In this document: positions 8,966 to 18,652 of the stretch, one piece after another | How the letters are laid out: the number at the start of each line of letters is the position of its first letter | How positions within the stretch are numbered: position 1 is the first letter of the stretch | Assembly (NCBI GenBank): GCA_021817325.1 | Contig: JAKAVK010000018.1 | Span: 9,544 to 73,543 of the forward strand | Direction: 5' to 3' | Source: Candidatus Micrarchaeota archaeon | Lineage (GTDB): Archaea; Micrarchaeota; Micrarchaeia; Micrarchaeales; CABMGC01 | DNA length: 64,000 nucleotides | Notes under the pieces: model-generated | What the model was told of the DNA's origin: nothing | Database searches by the model: none | The model's input: only the letters and a program-made list of their open reading frames with translations | Position numbers and translations under genes: made by a program

Positions 8966-9838
8966 TCAAATCCCCTTGTCTATCGACTTTTCCCTCAGCC
9001 TTTCGCTCACGTTTGTTACTGGTATCATATAATCCGGGTCTATGAAGTACTGCAGTTCGCTGCCGCTTGCCACAGTTGCCGTTACGCCCAGCACGGCGCT
9101 TATTCCTGCTGCGAGCTCGTCAGCCCTTGCCATTGCAAGGTTTGCTGCCTCATCCTCGGTCGAGCCAAGCGCGCTGACCGAGGCATAAGTGATAAGCGCG
9201 TGCGATTTCGCCTTTCCGACACTGTCTAGCACGTTTCTCCACATGGTAACCTCACCGCGCACCCTCTCAGCCATAGAGGACTGTTCATTATCCTTGGCGT
9301 TTTTGCCTTCGGTAAGCTGCTTGTTCAGCACGGTATTATACCTGTCCTCTGCCTCATTTAGCTTCTTGCGCACGCTTTCCATGTACTGATCCTTGTTAAG
9401 CACATACAGCTGAGAGGTCAGCTTGACAGGCTGCTGGCTCAGCGAGATAACGCGTGCGAACATGCCTGCGAAGAGCGCCTTGTCCTCGTTCTCCATCTCG
9501 GTGGCGGAGACATATATAGGTATCTTTATAAAAGAGGTAGCGTAGATGCTCTGTCCCTCTCTCACCAAGATCGCGCTGCCAGACGGACTTATTGTATAGG
9601 GATCCTCATCGTCAAGTATAACCTGCCTGTGCTTCATCCTGATGAACGGTTCATACAGGTAGGTGTAGAACCTGGTGGAGAATGCCAGTACATCAAGTGT
9701 CAGTGCGATCAGTGCGAGGATAAATTTCAGTATGTAATAGCCGCCTATGGTGACTGCGCTAAGCACTATGGCAAGCGAGGCTCCCCATAAGACTATGAAG
9801 AACACGATCTTGAGATTCAAGGCCAACTGATCACGCAA
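8966..9838 (-). CDS. 2-TM plus soluble-domain protein (family X, copy 2)
   Basis: 290-aa ORF. Two N-terminal TM helices, EGQSIYATSFIKI, a coiled-coil region and C-terminal ISAVLGVTATVASGSELQYF. One nt separates its stop from the next start. Confidence 0.65.
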   Translation of the reverse strand: MRDQLALNLKIVFFIVLWGASLAIVLSAVTIGGYYILKFILALIALTLDVLAFSTRFYTYLYEPFIRMKHRQVILDDEDPYTISPSGSAILVREGQSIYATSFIKIPIYVSATEMENEDKALFAGMFARVISLSQQPVKLTSQLYVLNKDQYMESVRKKLNEAEDRYNTVLNKQLTEGKNAKDNEQSSMAERVRGEVTMWRNVLDSVGKAKSHALITYASVSALGSTEDEAANLAMARADELAAGISAVLGVTATVASGSELQYFIDPDYMIPVTNVSERLREKSIDKGI

Positions 9839-9877
9839 TATATTGACGGGCAGCAGGCTTATAAATTATTGCTGCGC

Positions 9878-10999
9878 CTAGATTGCCCTGAACCTGCTGG
9901 AGGTCTGGCCCATGCCGCCTATGATGTTCGCTATCTGGACTACAAACGCATACGTTATGCCGCTGATCAGTGCCGGATAGAAGAGCACCGAGAGCCAGTA
10001 ACCGCTCAGGGCGCTCTTGGCATTCCCTATGTCCTCCACCAGCGGCGAGGTGGGCGATACTGCATTTGTGATCGCCCCTGATCCCGTCCCATATCTGTTG
10101 AGTGAGGCGCTTATCGCGCTCAGCGATGCGATAGGGCCCTGCGAAGTGAAATAGAACGCAACAGAGAAGAGTATCGGCATTATGAAGTAGAAGCCTATGC
10201 CTATCGCCATCATCATTCCGCCAAGCTGCCTTGTGGGCAAAAATGCCCTGAAGATAACACCAGGTATGAAGAAGGCCGGCAGTGCAGCATACATGAAGAA
10301 TAATATGGTATAGAACTCAACATTCAATGCCATGAAGCCTCCTATCGTCAGGTCAAAGAGTGCCCAGGTTGGCCAAAAGAAGCCGTACAGTACGGTCCAT
10401 TTGTATATGGGTGGGGCGAGGGCGGTGAGAAAGGTGCATTGGTCATCCACTTCCACGGCGCATACGAGCACCTGCTGCGAGGCGTAGAAATAATCAAGCG
10501 TGCCCATGTCGTACACCTGCAGCAGGACGCCGCTTGTGGCGTTTATCATGTGCGATATGTAGGTCAGCGAGGTACTGTACGGGTCTATGTTGCCAACGAA
10601 GTAGCTGGGTATCAGGCCGAACATGACTGCGGAGAGGAAGAGGAAGGCTACCACCATAAATGAGGTTGCGCTTGCCTCGTATATCTCACCGATGCCAAAG
10701 ATCCTTAGCCTGTCGTTCCTCAGTGCGACCCCGAACATGAAGATCAGAGCTCCTATCATAAAAGAGAGCATCGCCGCTGCCATGCCTATCGGCAGCCAGT
10801 TCTGCCAGATGGTCTCCGCAGCCACATTCATCTGGCTGCAGTACCAAGAGCTGGACGTAAGGGCATTGTAGGTATTCGAGTATACAATATCCTGTTTAGG
10901 GTATGCAGGGTTACAGTAGTTCTCAAGTATGCTGCCTGCAGCGTGCACTCTGGGGATGAGGAGAAGCAGGCACCCTAATACAAGCAGCAATCTCTTCAT
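9878..10999 (-). CDS. Polytopic membrane protein, paralog P6 (VirB6/CedA-like by context)
   Basis: 373-aa ORF. Signal peptide MKRLLLVLGCLLLLIPRVHAAG and N-module RNDRLRIFGIGEIYEA. Family motif PGVIFRAFLPTRQLGGMMMAIGIGFYFIMP. Confidence 0.7.
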   Translation of the reverse strand: MKRLLLVLGCLLLLIPRVHAAGSILENYCNPAYPKQDIVYSNTYNALTSSSWYCSQMNVAAETIWQNWLPIGMAAAMLSFMIGALIFMFGVALRNDRLRIFGIGEIYEASATSFMVVAFLFLSAVMFGLIPSYFVGNIDPYSTSLTYISHMINATSGVLLQVYDMGTLDYFYASQQVLVCAVEVDDQCTFLTALAPPIYKWTVLYGFFWPTWALFDLTIGGFMALNVEFYTILFFMYAALPAFFIPGVIFRAFLPTRQLGGMMMAIGIGFYFIMPILFSVAFYFTSQGPIASLSAISASLNRYGTGSGAITNAVSPTSPLVEDIGNAKSALSGYWLSVLFYPALISGITYAFVVQIANIIGGMGQTSSRFRAI

Positions 11000-11003
11000 A
11001 GCA

Positions 11004-12320
11004 TCACAGTATCCTTGTGAAAAGCGAGAGGAAGTCCATGCGCTCCCCCATGGCCCTCGAAAAATCCACTATAAATACATCAACGATAACTAAATTAAGC
11101 AGGGGTATGAAGGTCAGTCCTATCGCTACAAGTCCGCCGTATATCAAAAACGCGTTGATTATAGGAAACAGCGCGATAGGCAGCGAACCAAGCGTCAAGG
11201 CTCCGCCGACAAAGCCCCCGAGCGCAATTCCAATCATGCTGCCTAGCAATCCGGTAATCTGGTCGGTGGGAAATGCGCCGCAGCCTATGCCTCCTGGCGA
11301 AGGCCAGCCGAGTACACAGGTGAACTCCTGGCCTGCAACGGTAAGCGAGGAGTCAAGGAAGCCGTAGCTGATGGTCACCATTAGAGGATAGACGAATCCT
11401 ATCCCGATCGCAAACGCGATCATCGCATTGCCGAAGGTCCTGGTAACCCCGAATGCCCTAGCTATCAGCCCTATGGCCATGAAGATGGCGAATACTATGC
11501 CTGCTGAGGCGACCAGCAGCTCCTGCACCTGGCTGGCCACGAGCAAGATGTATATCGTATTCATGTACGGCACTATATAGAAGAAGACAGGTTCTATAGG
11601 GAGCAGGTCCAAGTTGTATGACACCCCGACATGACCGAAAGTGTAGTTCTGGAACCACGTTCCTATCCCCTGCAGGGCTCTGCCAGGGTAATTCTTATGT
11701 ATTGTCGGCGCTATGGCGCTTATTGCGGCTATCCAGTACAGCCCCTCGCTGAATGTATTAACGTTGTTGTTGAAGGTACGGTAGTCGCACAGTGAGATAA
11801 AGAAGAGGTTGTTGTAATCTGCATACTGGGTATTCGGGCCTGGAGAAGTTACCAGCGAGGGGTTTGGTGTCGGCGGCGCGTTAAGCTGCGTGTATCCATA
11901 GCACGAGTTAGGCAGGTACTGTATGCCTGATGGTCCTGTAACGCTGCCTATGCAGCCCGAAGATACTGTAGGCGGGCAGTCTGTAGGTATGAGGCCAACC
12001 GAGGCCAGCTGGTTGGCAGGCTGTATGGCAAAGATCGCCGCGCCAAACGCCGCAAACAGCATTATTAGGACTATGGTTGCAAGTTCATCGTATATCTTTA
12101 CCCTTACCCATGCCCGTATGTCATTTCTGCCAAGCGCAGGCGCAAGCGCGTATATGAGGGCGAGTATAACGATGACCATGGTTACGGCAGCCAGCACTAT
12201 CGGCAGCCATACGTCGCCAAACGGCGAGGTGATGATACCGCACAGTCCCGTGCACGCGACTGCCGCGGGACGGAGCAATCCGGCGAGTTTCAGTATGCCA
12301 AGCAGGAATAACACCATCAT
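11004..12320 (-). CDS. Polytopic membrane protein, paralog P5
   Basis: 438-aa ORF. N-module GRNDIRAWVRVKIYDEL, Cys-containing ectoloops and family motif IGLIARAFGVTRTFGNAMIAFAIGIGFVYP. 4-nt start/stop overlap with P4. Confidence 0.7.
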   Translation of the reverse strand: MMVLFLLGILKLAGLLRPAAVACTGLCGIITSPFGDVWLPIVLAAVTMVIVILALIYALAPALGRNDIRAWVRVKIYDELATIVLIMLFAAFGAAIFAIQPANQLASVGLIPTDCPPTVSSGCIGSVTGPSGIQYLPNSCYGYTQLNAPPTPNPSLVTSPGPNTQYADYNNLFFISLCDYRTFNNNVNTFSEGLYWIAAISAIAPTIHKNYPGRALQGIGTWFQNYTFGHVGVSYNLDLLPIEPVFFYIVPYMNTIYILLVASQVQELLVASAGIVFAIFMAIGLIARAFGVTRTFGNAMIAFAIGIGFVYPLMVTISYGFLDSSLTVAGQEFTCVLGWPSPGGIGCGAFPTDQITGLLGSMIGIALGGFVGGALTLGSLPIALFPIINAFLIYGGLVAIGLTFIPLLNLVIVDVFIVDFSRAMGERMDFLSLFTRIL

Positions 12321-13639
12321 ATCACCTTGCTAAGTAGTCTGTTGCTGCGCAGCGAAGGCGAGCCCAGCAAACCGCCAAGCGCCTCCAGCAGATCAAATGA
12401 TATTATGAACGCAATCACTATGCCAACGATCTCTATGATCGAGCCCGAGATATCGCTTGTAAATGTGGAAACGTTATCGTACATCGCGGACCCGAAGCCT
12501 GAAATGTCGACTACATCCAAAATGCCGCTTAAGGTGGACCATGCCTGGTTGCCAAGCTTCTGCGTGATGCTATCCACCGATGAACATACGGTGGGGCTTG
12601 ACGTGGCAGAGCTTCCGATATAAACCCCTCCTCCTCCATATGTGCTAACGTCGGTTTTATAGGCAGCCTGCGTGCCTGCGTATACCTTCACTGTGCCGCT
12701 GCCGCTTGTGAAATCATAATATCCCGGGCCGATCCAACCAACCTGGCTAGTGCTGCATATGTAGTTGACTGTGCCTGTGAGCTCCCCGGAGAAGGGATAG
12801 ACAAGGGCAGGGAAGACGACATAGAACGATATGAAGAGCGCCAGCATTGCCCCACCGGCAGCCCGCGTCCACGGGAAGGAGCGCAGCACAATACCCACAT
12901 AAAAGAAGACAGGGAAGAGGAAGTATATGACGAAAAGGAACATGACCAGAAGGCCGCCCATGCCCAGCAGGCCGAATGAGATGCCCTCCTCGCTCCACAG
13001 GGCCGTTTTAAGGGTCTGTATTCCGCCCCAAGGGCTGAACGATATGCCGAAATCGTTTGGCATGAGCTGCACCGAGAACGACACTAGTGCGTTGAATATG
13101 AAGAGGTTGGTGAAGACATAGCCGTAGTCTAAGAGATTGGTGGTTATCATCCCATTCTCCAGGTTGGTGCACGTCGCTATGAAGACGCCCTGCGAGGAGG
13201 TGAACGTCGAAGTGGGTGGCGCGGGAAGCAGTGTATTGGCGAGATGGGCCAGGAAGACCACCGAACCATCGAATATCCCAAGGCCGCCAACGAATATGAA
13301 CACGATCAGCAGGTTGGCGAAGCTCTCAAGGTACTCGTTCTTGACAAATGTGACAAGCTTCTGTATATTGAATGCAACACCTATCGCGTACACGATGCCA
13401 AGAACCGAGAGCACCATGAATACGATGAAGAGGGAAAGCTCCAGGAATACCTTGTACGTCGACGCGTCTGAGAGGGCGGTGTTTACAAGCGGAGTATATC
13501 CGGGAGACGTGGCTCCGTTAGTGAATAGGCTGTTGCAGTTGAACAGCGTTGCGGTAGGGAGGGAGGCCGCGCCTGCGAAATGCGGGATAAGGAAGAAGGC
13601 GAAAAGGCCCAGAAGCAGCATCCTAACAATAGGCATCAT
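12317..13639 (-). CDS. Polytopic membrane protein, paralog P4
   Basis: 440-aa ORF. Signal peptide MMPIVRMLLLGLFAFFLIPHFAGA and family motif VGIVLRSFPWTRAAGGAMLALFISFYVVFP. 4-nt overlaps at both ends. Confidence 0.7.
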   Translation of the reverse strand: MMPIVRMLLLGLFAFFLIPHFAGAASLPTATLFNCNSLFTNGATSPGYTPLVNTALSDASTYKVFLELSLFIVFMVLSVLGIVYAIGVAFNIQKLVTFVKNEYLESFANLLIVFIFVGGLGIFDGSVVFLAHLANTLLPAPPTSTFTSSQGVFIATCTNLENGMITTNLLDYGYVFTNLFIFNALVSFSVQLMPNDFGISFSPWGGIQTLKTALWSEEGISFGLLGMGGLLVMFLFVIYFLFPVFFYVGIVLRSFPWTRAAGGAMLALFISFYVVFPALVYPFSGELTGTVNYICSTSQVGWIGPGYYDFTSGSGTVKVYAGTQAAYKTDVSTYGGGGVYIGSSATSSPTVCSSVDSITQKLGNQAWSTLSGILDVVDISGFGSAMYDNVSTFTSDISGSIIEIVGIVIAFIISFDLLEALGGLLGSPSLRSNRLLSKVI

Positions 13640-15231
13640 ATGAATCTAGCCAGTCCAAGTATATACGTGTCTCCGCCAAGCATTGCGGATAAGCCAAGCA
13701 GTGCGGATATTGATAGCAGGACATTGAGCAGCGGTATCACGAAGCCGGCAACAGAGATTACTCCGTATGCGTTTATGATCTGGAAATCTGCCTTTGCCAT
13801 GTACGTAGGCTCAAAGCAGCGGTAATAACCTGCCAGGGCAGCCTGCGGCAAGGTGCTTGGGATCGCGGTTGTCTGGCTCAGCAGTCCGCTCAGGAAGCCG
13901 AACCCTCCTGTTGCTATGCCAAAGAAAGGTATGAGATATCGCGACGAATAGGCAATCTCCTCATTTACCAGGCTGCCTCCAGGTGGCCAGCATCCCCAGT
14001 AATTCATTATCTGGTCCACCCTGGGCATGGAGTAGAAACTGAGTTGGTAGGTGGTCATGGCCAGGCACTGCTGCATGCCTAGGGGCGAGCCTGCAGAGCA
14101 TGTGCTTGCAGGGTATGGCAGCTCGCATGGGCTGCCGGAGCCCTTGACCAGCATGCCATAGTTGTCGTACAACGGCAACTGGCAGATGGCCATGTTCGGT
14201 ATGGAGGTTGTGCCTATAGGATTTAGGCAGTTGGCGTTTGTGTTAAGAGGGCCGCAGCTTCCCGGACTCAGCGTATCGTATTCGAATATGATCAGCATCG
14301 GGTAGATTATCACGCTTGCAAGCACAAGCGCGATTAGAAAGCCTCCTATTCTCCTTGTGAAGAAGGTGACCCGCAGTATAATTCCAGCGGCAAGAAGGTA
14401 TGGCCACATGTAGATCATCATCAGTATGCCTACGGTCTGCAGGAAGAAGAGATAGAAGATCATGGTGTTGAGTATCTCTACGACGGGCAGTACGGACCTC
14501 TGGTACACGTACGCTGTGAATGGCGAGTACTCGTATGTGATACTAAGCAGCCTCTCTCCATAGAGTGGTATTGCACACTCCACAGGTATGCAAAACGTGG
14601 TTGTAGAAGTGAACGACCTGAGCCAGCCTGCCGTGCCCTCGAAGAAGTAGAGCGAATTAAGGTTGGCTGCGGTCTGGTTGGTCATGTTTGCTGCCAACAG
14701 ATAGGCGGCTCCAAGCCCATAGTCCACGTCGCTTGTAATGTGCGTGCCTCCAAGGCTGCCAGAGCCTATGACCTGCGTGCATATGATGTTGGTTGGGCTT
14801 GGCACGCCGCTAGGCGAGACGTACACGCTGTTTGACCAGTCAAGCGCGGATCCTGCCAGATACGGCCCCGTGCACATCCCCTGGAATGTGGATTTCTGCG
14901 CCAGGAAACTAGGCAGTGCAATGCCGTTCCAGAAGGTGAGAAAGCCCATAATGAGCACCACTATGAAGGCCGTGGCTACCACCTGCGTCATCTCGCTGAC
15001 TGCGCTCGCCTTCGCCCTCGAGCTGCCTGCTGCAGCCCCTGCCATGTACCAGAGCCCTACAAGAAGTATGCTCAGCGATATGGCAGCGAAAACGACAGGC
15101 AGCCAGTTTGTGAAGTTCGAATAGTTTGTCTCGATATTAGCTGCGCCAGCCGCGCCTGCAATAAGCGCAAGTACCGCTACCGAGAGGATGGCTGTCGCCA
15201 GAGATTTCCGGATAACGTCCCTTTTCATCAT
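13636..15231 (-). CDS. Polytopic membrane protein, paralog P3 (largest, Cys-rich ectoloops)
   Basis: 531-aa ORF. Signal peptide ...LALIAGAAGAAN and family motif AAGIILRVTFFTRRIGGFLIALVLASVIIYP. Long Cys-rich insert (CGPLNTNANCLNP, CELPYPASTCSAGSPLGMQQC). Confidence 0.7.
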   Translation of the reverse strand: MMKRDVIRKSLATAILSVAVLALIAGAAGAANIETNYSNFTNWLPVVFAAISLSILLVGLWYMAGAAAGSSRAKASAVSEMTQVVATAFIVVLIMGFLTFWNGIALPSFLAQKSTFQGMCTGPYLAGSALDWSNSVYVSPSGVPSPTNIICTQVIGSGSLGGTHITSDVDYGLGAAYLLAANMTNQTAANLNSLYFFEGTAGWLRSFTSTTTFCIPVECAIPLYGERLLSITYEYSPFTAYVYQRSVLPVVEILNTMIFYLFFLQTVGILMMIYMWPYLLAAGIILRVTFFTRRIGGFLIALVLASVIIYPMLIIFEYDTLSPGSCGPLNTNANCLNPIGTTSIPNMAICQLPLYDNYGMLVKGSGSPCELPYPASTCSAGSPLGMQQCLAMTTYQLSFYSMPRVDQIMNYWGCWPPGGSLVNEEIAYSSRYLIPFFGIATGGFGFLSGLLSQTTAIPSTLPQAALAGYYRCFEPTYMAKADFQIINAYGVISVAGFVIPLLNVLLSISALLGLSAMLGGDTYILGLARFI

Positions 15232-16520
15232 ATATTGCCCCAGAACGGTCCTGTGCCTATAAGCGTAGAGATGGAACCAAGCCCCTTGGTAAGGCCCTGT
15301 GCGAAGCCTATCGTTATCGCCAGGTCAAGTGCTATAAGAACTATTGATTCGAACATATACTCTGCTATCTTCACCCCAAAGCCGTCTATCACATATGGCA
15401 TTGAATAAAGAGTCTGTACGCCAGTAACGAGGAACTGGCTAAGGCCCCCTGTCCCGCTGCTGACCCCTAGCGGCGAGAAGGGAAGCTGCAGTCCTGGATT
15501 GAGATAGTTCTGCCCGCCATTGGGCAGCGCCGAGTTTTGGGGTACCGTCACCACGTTGGTTGGCACCCCAGAGAAATAGCTGTTGGTCTGCAGGTTGTTG
15601 AGAAGGTCAGGATATACAAATGAGGCGTAAGGATTGCACGCGCCTACCGTTGTTACCGGCCCTGTGCCTGCCCAGGGGTTTCCACTACAGAACATCCAGC
15701 TGATTATAAAGCTATTCATGGATATGGCAAGCGGCAATATGAAGAAGAAGGCTATGGCTATTGCGAGTATCGAGTCCGCAGCCTCCCGCAGGCGCGGCCC
15801 GCCAAACGGTAGGGTCCTGATTATCAGTGCTGTGGGCAGCATCGCAGTCAGCGCGAAAGACTGGATAACAGGGAGCAGGATCCACATCACGAAAAGCACC
15901 GCAAACGTGATGACAATAAGCCCAGTATATGTGCTTGTGAGTACGCCGCTGTATCCATAGTACACTCCCACAAGGTTGGTGTTCAGTTGCAAATCACTTG
16001 TCAGCGATATCGGAACCTCGAAGGCCGATGCGAGCTGCTCGTCGATGTTGCCCCAGAGCAGGAAGAGCGCGCTCTCAGCGTACATCTGGCCGAAGAGCTG
16101 CGAGCTCCTCTCGTACAGAAGGTTGCTTATATACGTCTGCGCATACTGCATCGGGTCAGAATATACAACGCCTGTGGTGGCGGTTGCTGACTTGGTCAGG
16201 AAAATACCGACATTGCACGTAACCGCCGCAAAGGCGGTCACCGCCATTATTATGAAGATGCTCAAAAAGGCTTGCGTGGCCTCTGTCTTAGCTGCACCTT
16301 TCAGCTTCTCCCTTGATATTGTAGGGAGAAAGCCTGCAAGGGTATAAACCAGCGAGGCGATCACCACTGCGGCAAGCACAAGGAAGACATTGATGGTTAT
16401 CCAGTTGTTGCTGTTTATCGCAGGGAAGGTACAGGCCTGCTGGTATGCCGTCGTGCCCGCAGCGTATACCCCTACCGAGAAGAGGGCCATTACAACAAGC
16501 ACGATTGTTGCTTTTCTCAT
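15228..16520 (-). CDS. Polytopic membrane protein, paralog P2 (most divergent motif)
   Basis: 430-aa ORF. Signal peptide MRKATIVLVVMALFSVGVYAAG and motif variant TALIIRTLPFGGPRLREAADSILAIAIAFFFILP. 4-nt overlap with P3. Confidence 0.65.
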   Translation of the reverse strand: MRKATIVLVVMALFSVGVYAAGTTAYQQACTFPAINSNNWITINVFLVLAAVVIASLVYTLAGFLPTISREKLKGAAKTEATQAFLSIFIIMAVTAFAAVTCNVGIFLTKSATATTGVVYSDPMQYAQTYISNLLYERSSQLFGQMYAESALFLLWGNIDEQLASAFEVPISLTSDLQLNTNLVGVYYGYSGVLTSTYTGLIVITFAVLFVMWILLPVIQSFALTAMLPTALIIRTLPFGGPRLREAADSILAIAIAFFFILPLAISMNSFIISWMFCSGNPWAGTGPVTTVGACNPYASFVYPDLLNNLQTNSYFSGVPTNVVTVPQNSALPNGGQNYLNPGLQLPFSPLGVSSGTGGLSQFLVTGVQTLYSMPYVIDGFGVKIAEYMFESIVLIALDLAITIGFAQGLTKGLGSISTLIGTGPFWGNI

Positions 16521-16526
16521 TTAATA

Positions 16527-17786
16527 TCACGCGACTTTTAGCTTCGATCCCAGGCTGAGCCTTATCGTGCCTCCAAGCAGCTTGGCAACGTTGTCTGTGA
16601 TCGTATATAGTATCAACAGGTCAAATACGAAGAGTATGAGCTGCAGTATCAGGTAGAAGCCGTAGGTCAACTCATAGTTGAGAAACGGGAACATCCCTCC
16701 GTTTGCGCCTGTTCCCCCAAATGCCTGCCAGCCCATCTCGATTACGTTTACATAGCCAGACGGCAGCACAGCTGCCAATACGTTGGTCATCTCACACATG
16801 AGCCAGCTGTTGCCTGAGGGGCAGCCGTTCCAGGTCGGGCTAAGAGAAGGCGGCGAGCCGCTAGGTCCGTATATTAGCTGGCTCATTCCATTGGTTATCG
16901 GGGCATTGAAGAAGACAAGGATGGACGGGAACACGATCGCAGCGCCAAAGCCCATGGCCACAAGCGTACCTCCTATGCCCCTCACAAACGGGAACGCCCT
17001 GAAGATCAGGCCCAACGGTATAAGAAAGCCGAGTCCAAGGGACATGAGCAGCGGCAGCGCACCTTGCAGCCCTATAAGCATGATGGTAACCGGATAGAGG
17101 ACGAACTGGGTGAGGTCGTAGATGCTGGACTCGAAGTGCTGGATGATGACGTTACCTGACTCGATCATGTAATTCTGGTACGGCCTCATCGTGAAGCCGA
17201 ACTCGAAAGCAAAACCACCGACAAATGGTATGGGTATTGGTATTGGCAGCCACAGGCCCACGGTCATGTACTGCAGCATACCTATTGCCGCGCTCTCGGT
17301 GCCAACGAAGTTCCATGCATACTTGGTGTTTGATGCTGCGGTGGTCAGGTAGTATTCGCTTTCACTATAGAGATTGCCCAGATTGCCGATGTAGGCATTT
17401 GGCCCTGTCGCAGGCGTGGTGACGCACCCTGCCTGAAGGCTGCCTGTCACAACTACTCCAAGGTTGCTTACAACGGTAAGAATGGCGTAGATGCTTATGA
17501 TCAGCATAATCGATTTGGCTAGCTCCCAGTACTCTGTATGTAGCCAGTTCTGCACGCCTGTTGTAGGGAAGGCCTTGCCAACCATGTAGCCTATCGCTAT
17601 CACAGCAAAAGAGACCATCAGGGCTATTACAGCAATTTCAATGCCGGCCTCTGGGCTAATAAGCGTTATGCCGGTGGGGTTGGGGCAGGTGGGTGTACTG
17701 GAAAAGCTTACAGCGCCCGCATACGTGCCTAAAAGCACCAATGCAGCCATGGCCAGGAGTGCAAACCGTGCCGTCGCCATAGCCAT
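16527..17786 (-). CDS. Polytopic membrane protein, paralog P1
   Basis: 419-aa ORF. Signal peptide ...AALVLLGTYAGA and family motif LGLIFRAFPFVRGIGGTLVAMGFGAAIVFP. Confidence 0.7.
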   Translation of the reverse strand: MAMATARFALLAMAALVLLGTYAGAVSFSSTPTCPNPTGITLISPEAGIEIAVIALMVSFAVIAIGYMVGKAFPTTGVQNWLHTEYWELAKSIMLIISIYAILTVVSNLGVVVTGSLQAGCVTTPATGPNAYIGNLGNLYSESEYYLTTAASNTKYAWNFVGTESAAIGMLQYMTVGLWLPIPIPIPFVGGFAFEFGFTMRPYQNYMIESGNVIIQHFESSIYDLTQFVLYPVTIMLIGLQGALPLLMSLGLGFLIPLGLIFRAFPFVRGIGGTLVAMGFGAAIVFPSILVFFNAPITNGMSQLIYGPSGSPPSLSPTWNGCPSGNSWLMCEMTNVLAAVLPSGYVNVIEMGWQAFGGTGANGGMFPFLNYELTYGFYLILQLILFVFDLLILYTITDNVAKLLGGTIRLSLGSKLKVA

Positions 17787-17819
17787 ACTTCATATCTGCT
17801 AAATATAAATGTATACTCT

Positions 17820-18554
17820 CTAATGTGAGAGCAAGGGAAACCTGCGCATATATGCCTCAGCCTGGAATATGACAAAGTATGGTATTATGAAGACTGAGGT
17901 TATCACAAGTGTTATATACGCTGCCCATGCCGCGCCTGAAGTTATAAGGATCACTGCCAGGTCTACGGCAGAGACCACTACCCAGAAGAGAAGTATCCAG
18001 ATTATGAAGTATTGGGGAGAGTTGAAGAGCAGCCTTGCGCTGTCACCAAGCGCCCTTAAGACACGCCTGCTGTCAACCACTATGGCGCTTGGCGCGTAGA
18101 AGATAAGTGCAAACAGGATGAAGCCTACAAGCGAGGTAACCAGGGCTTCCTGATTCATATAGTATCCAATTATGTTTGCCGCTATCAATATCACAGCATA
18201 TGCGAGGAGCACGATAAAGACGCGGCCTATGTACCTTTCTATGTCTGCAAGTACCCTCCTGCCTATGCGCATGTGCGTCTTTCTCGATTTGACTATGAGG
18301 CTTATCGCGACAAAGGCGAAGCTGATGAAGAGCAGGGAGATGACAAGCGCAATGGTTATTATCACAAGGCTGGCAGCACTCAGGTTTACGAAGATGCTGG
18401 CAGTCCTAAGGAAGATGGCGCCTGCGCTTACGTATGTGGGAAGGGGCGCGAGAAGCGGTATGGCGAATGCTATGATGAATGGAATCGAGAAGAGGACCAC
18501 AAGCCTGAGATTCTCCACATAGGTGTGGTAAGAGTCGCCTAATACGCTGCCCAT
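17820..18554 (-). CDS. Polytopic membrane protein (about 6 TM), unknown function, between the pilins and the paralog array
   Basis: 244-aa ORF that is almost entirely hydrophobic helices. No protease or transporter motif recognised. Same strand, 33 nt upstream of P1. Confidence 0.55.
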   Translation of the reverse strand: MGSVLGDSYHTYVENLRLVVLFSIPFIIAFAIPLLAPLPTYVSAGAIFLRTASIFVNLSAASLVIITIALVISLLFISFAFVAISLIVKSRKTHMRIGRRVLADIERYIGRVFIVLLAYAVILIAANIIGYYMNQEALVTSLVGFILFALIFYAPSAIVVDSRRVLRALGDSARLLFNSPQYFIIWILLFWVVVSAVDLAVILITSGAAWAAYITLVITSVFIIPYFVIFQAEAYMRRFPLLSH

Positions 18555-18652
18555 ATGGCACCACTATGACATGGAAACCAAAGATTAAAAGCCTATCGCG
18601 GACCAAGGGCCGCAAGCCGCCCTTACTTTAAGGACCATGCCAAGACAGGACC

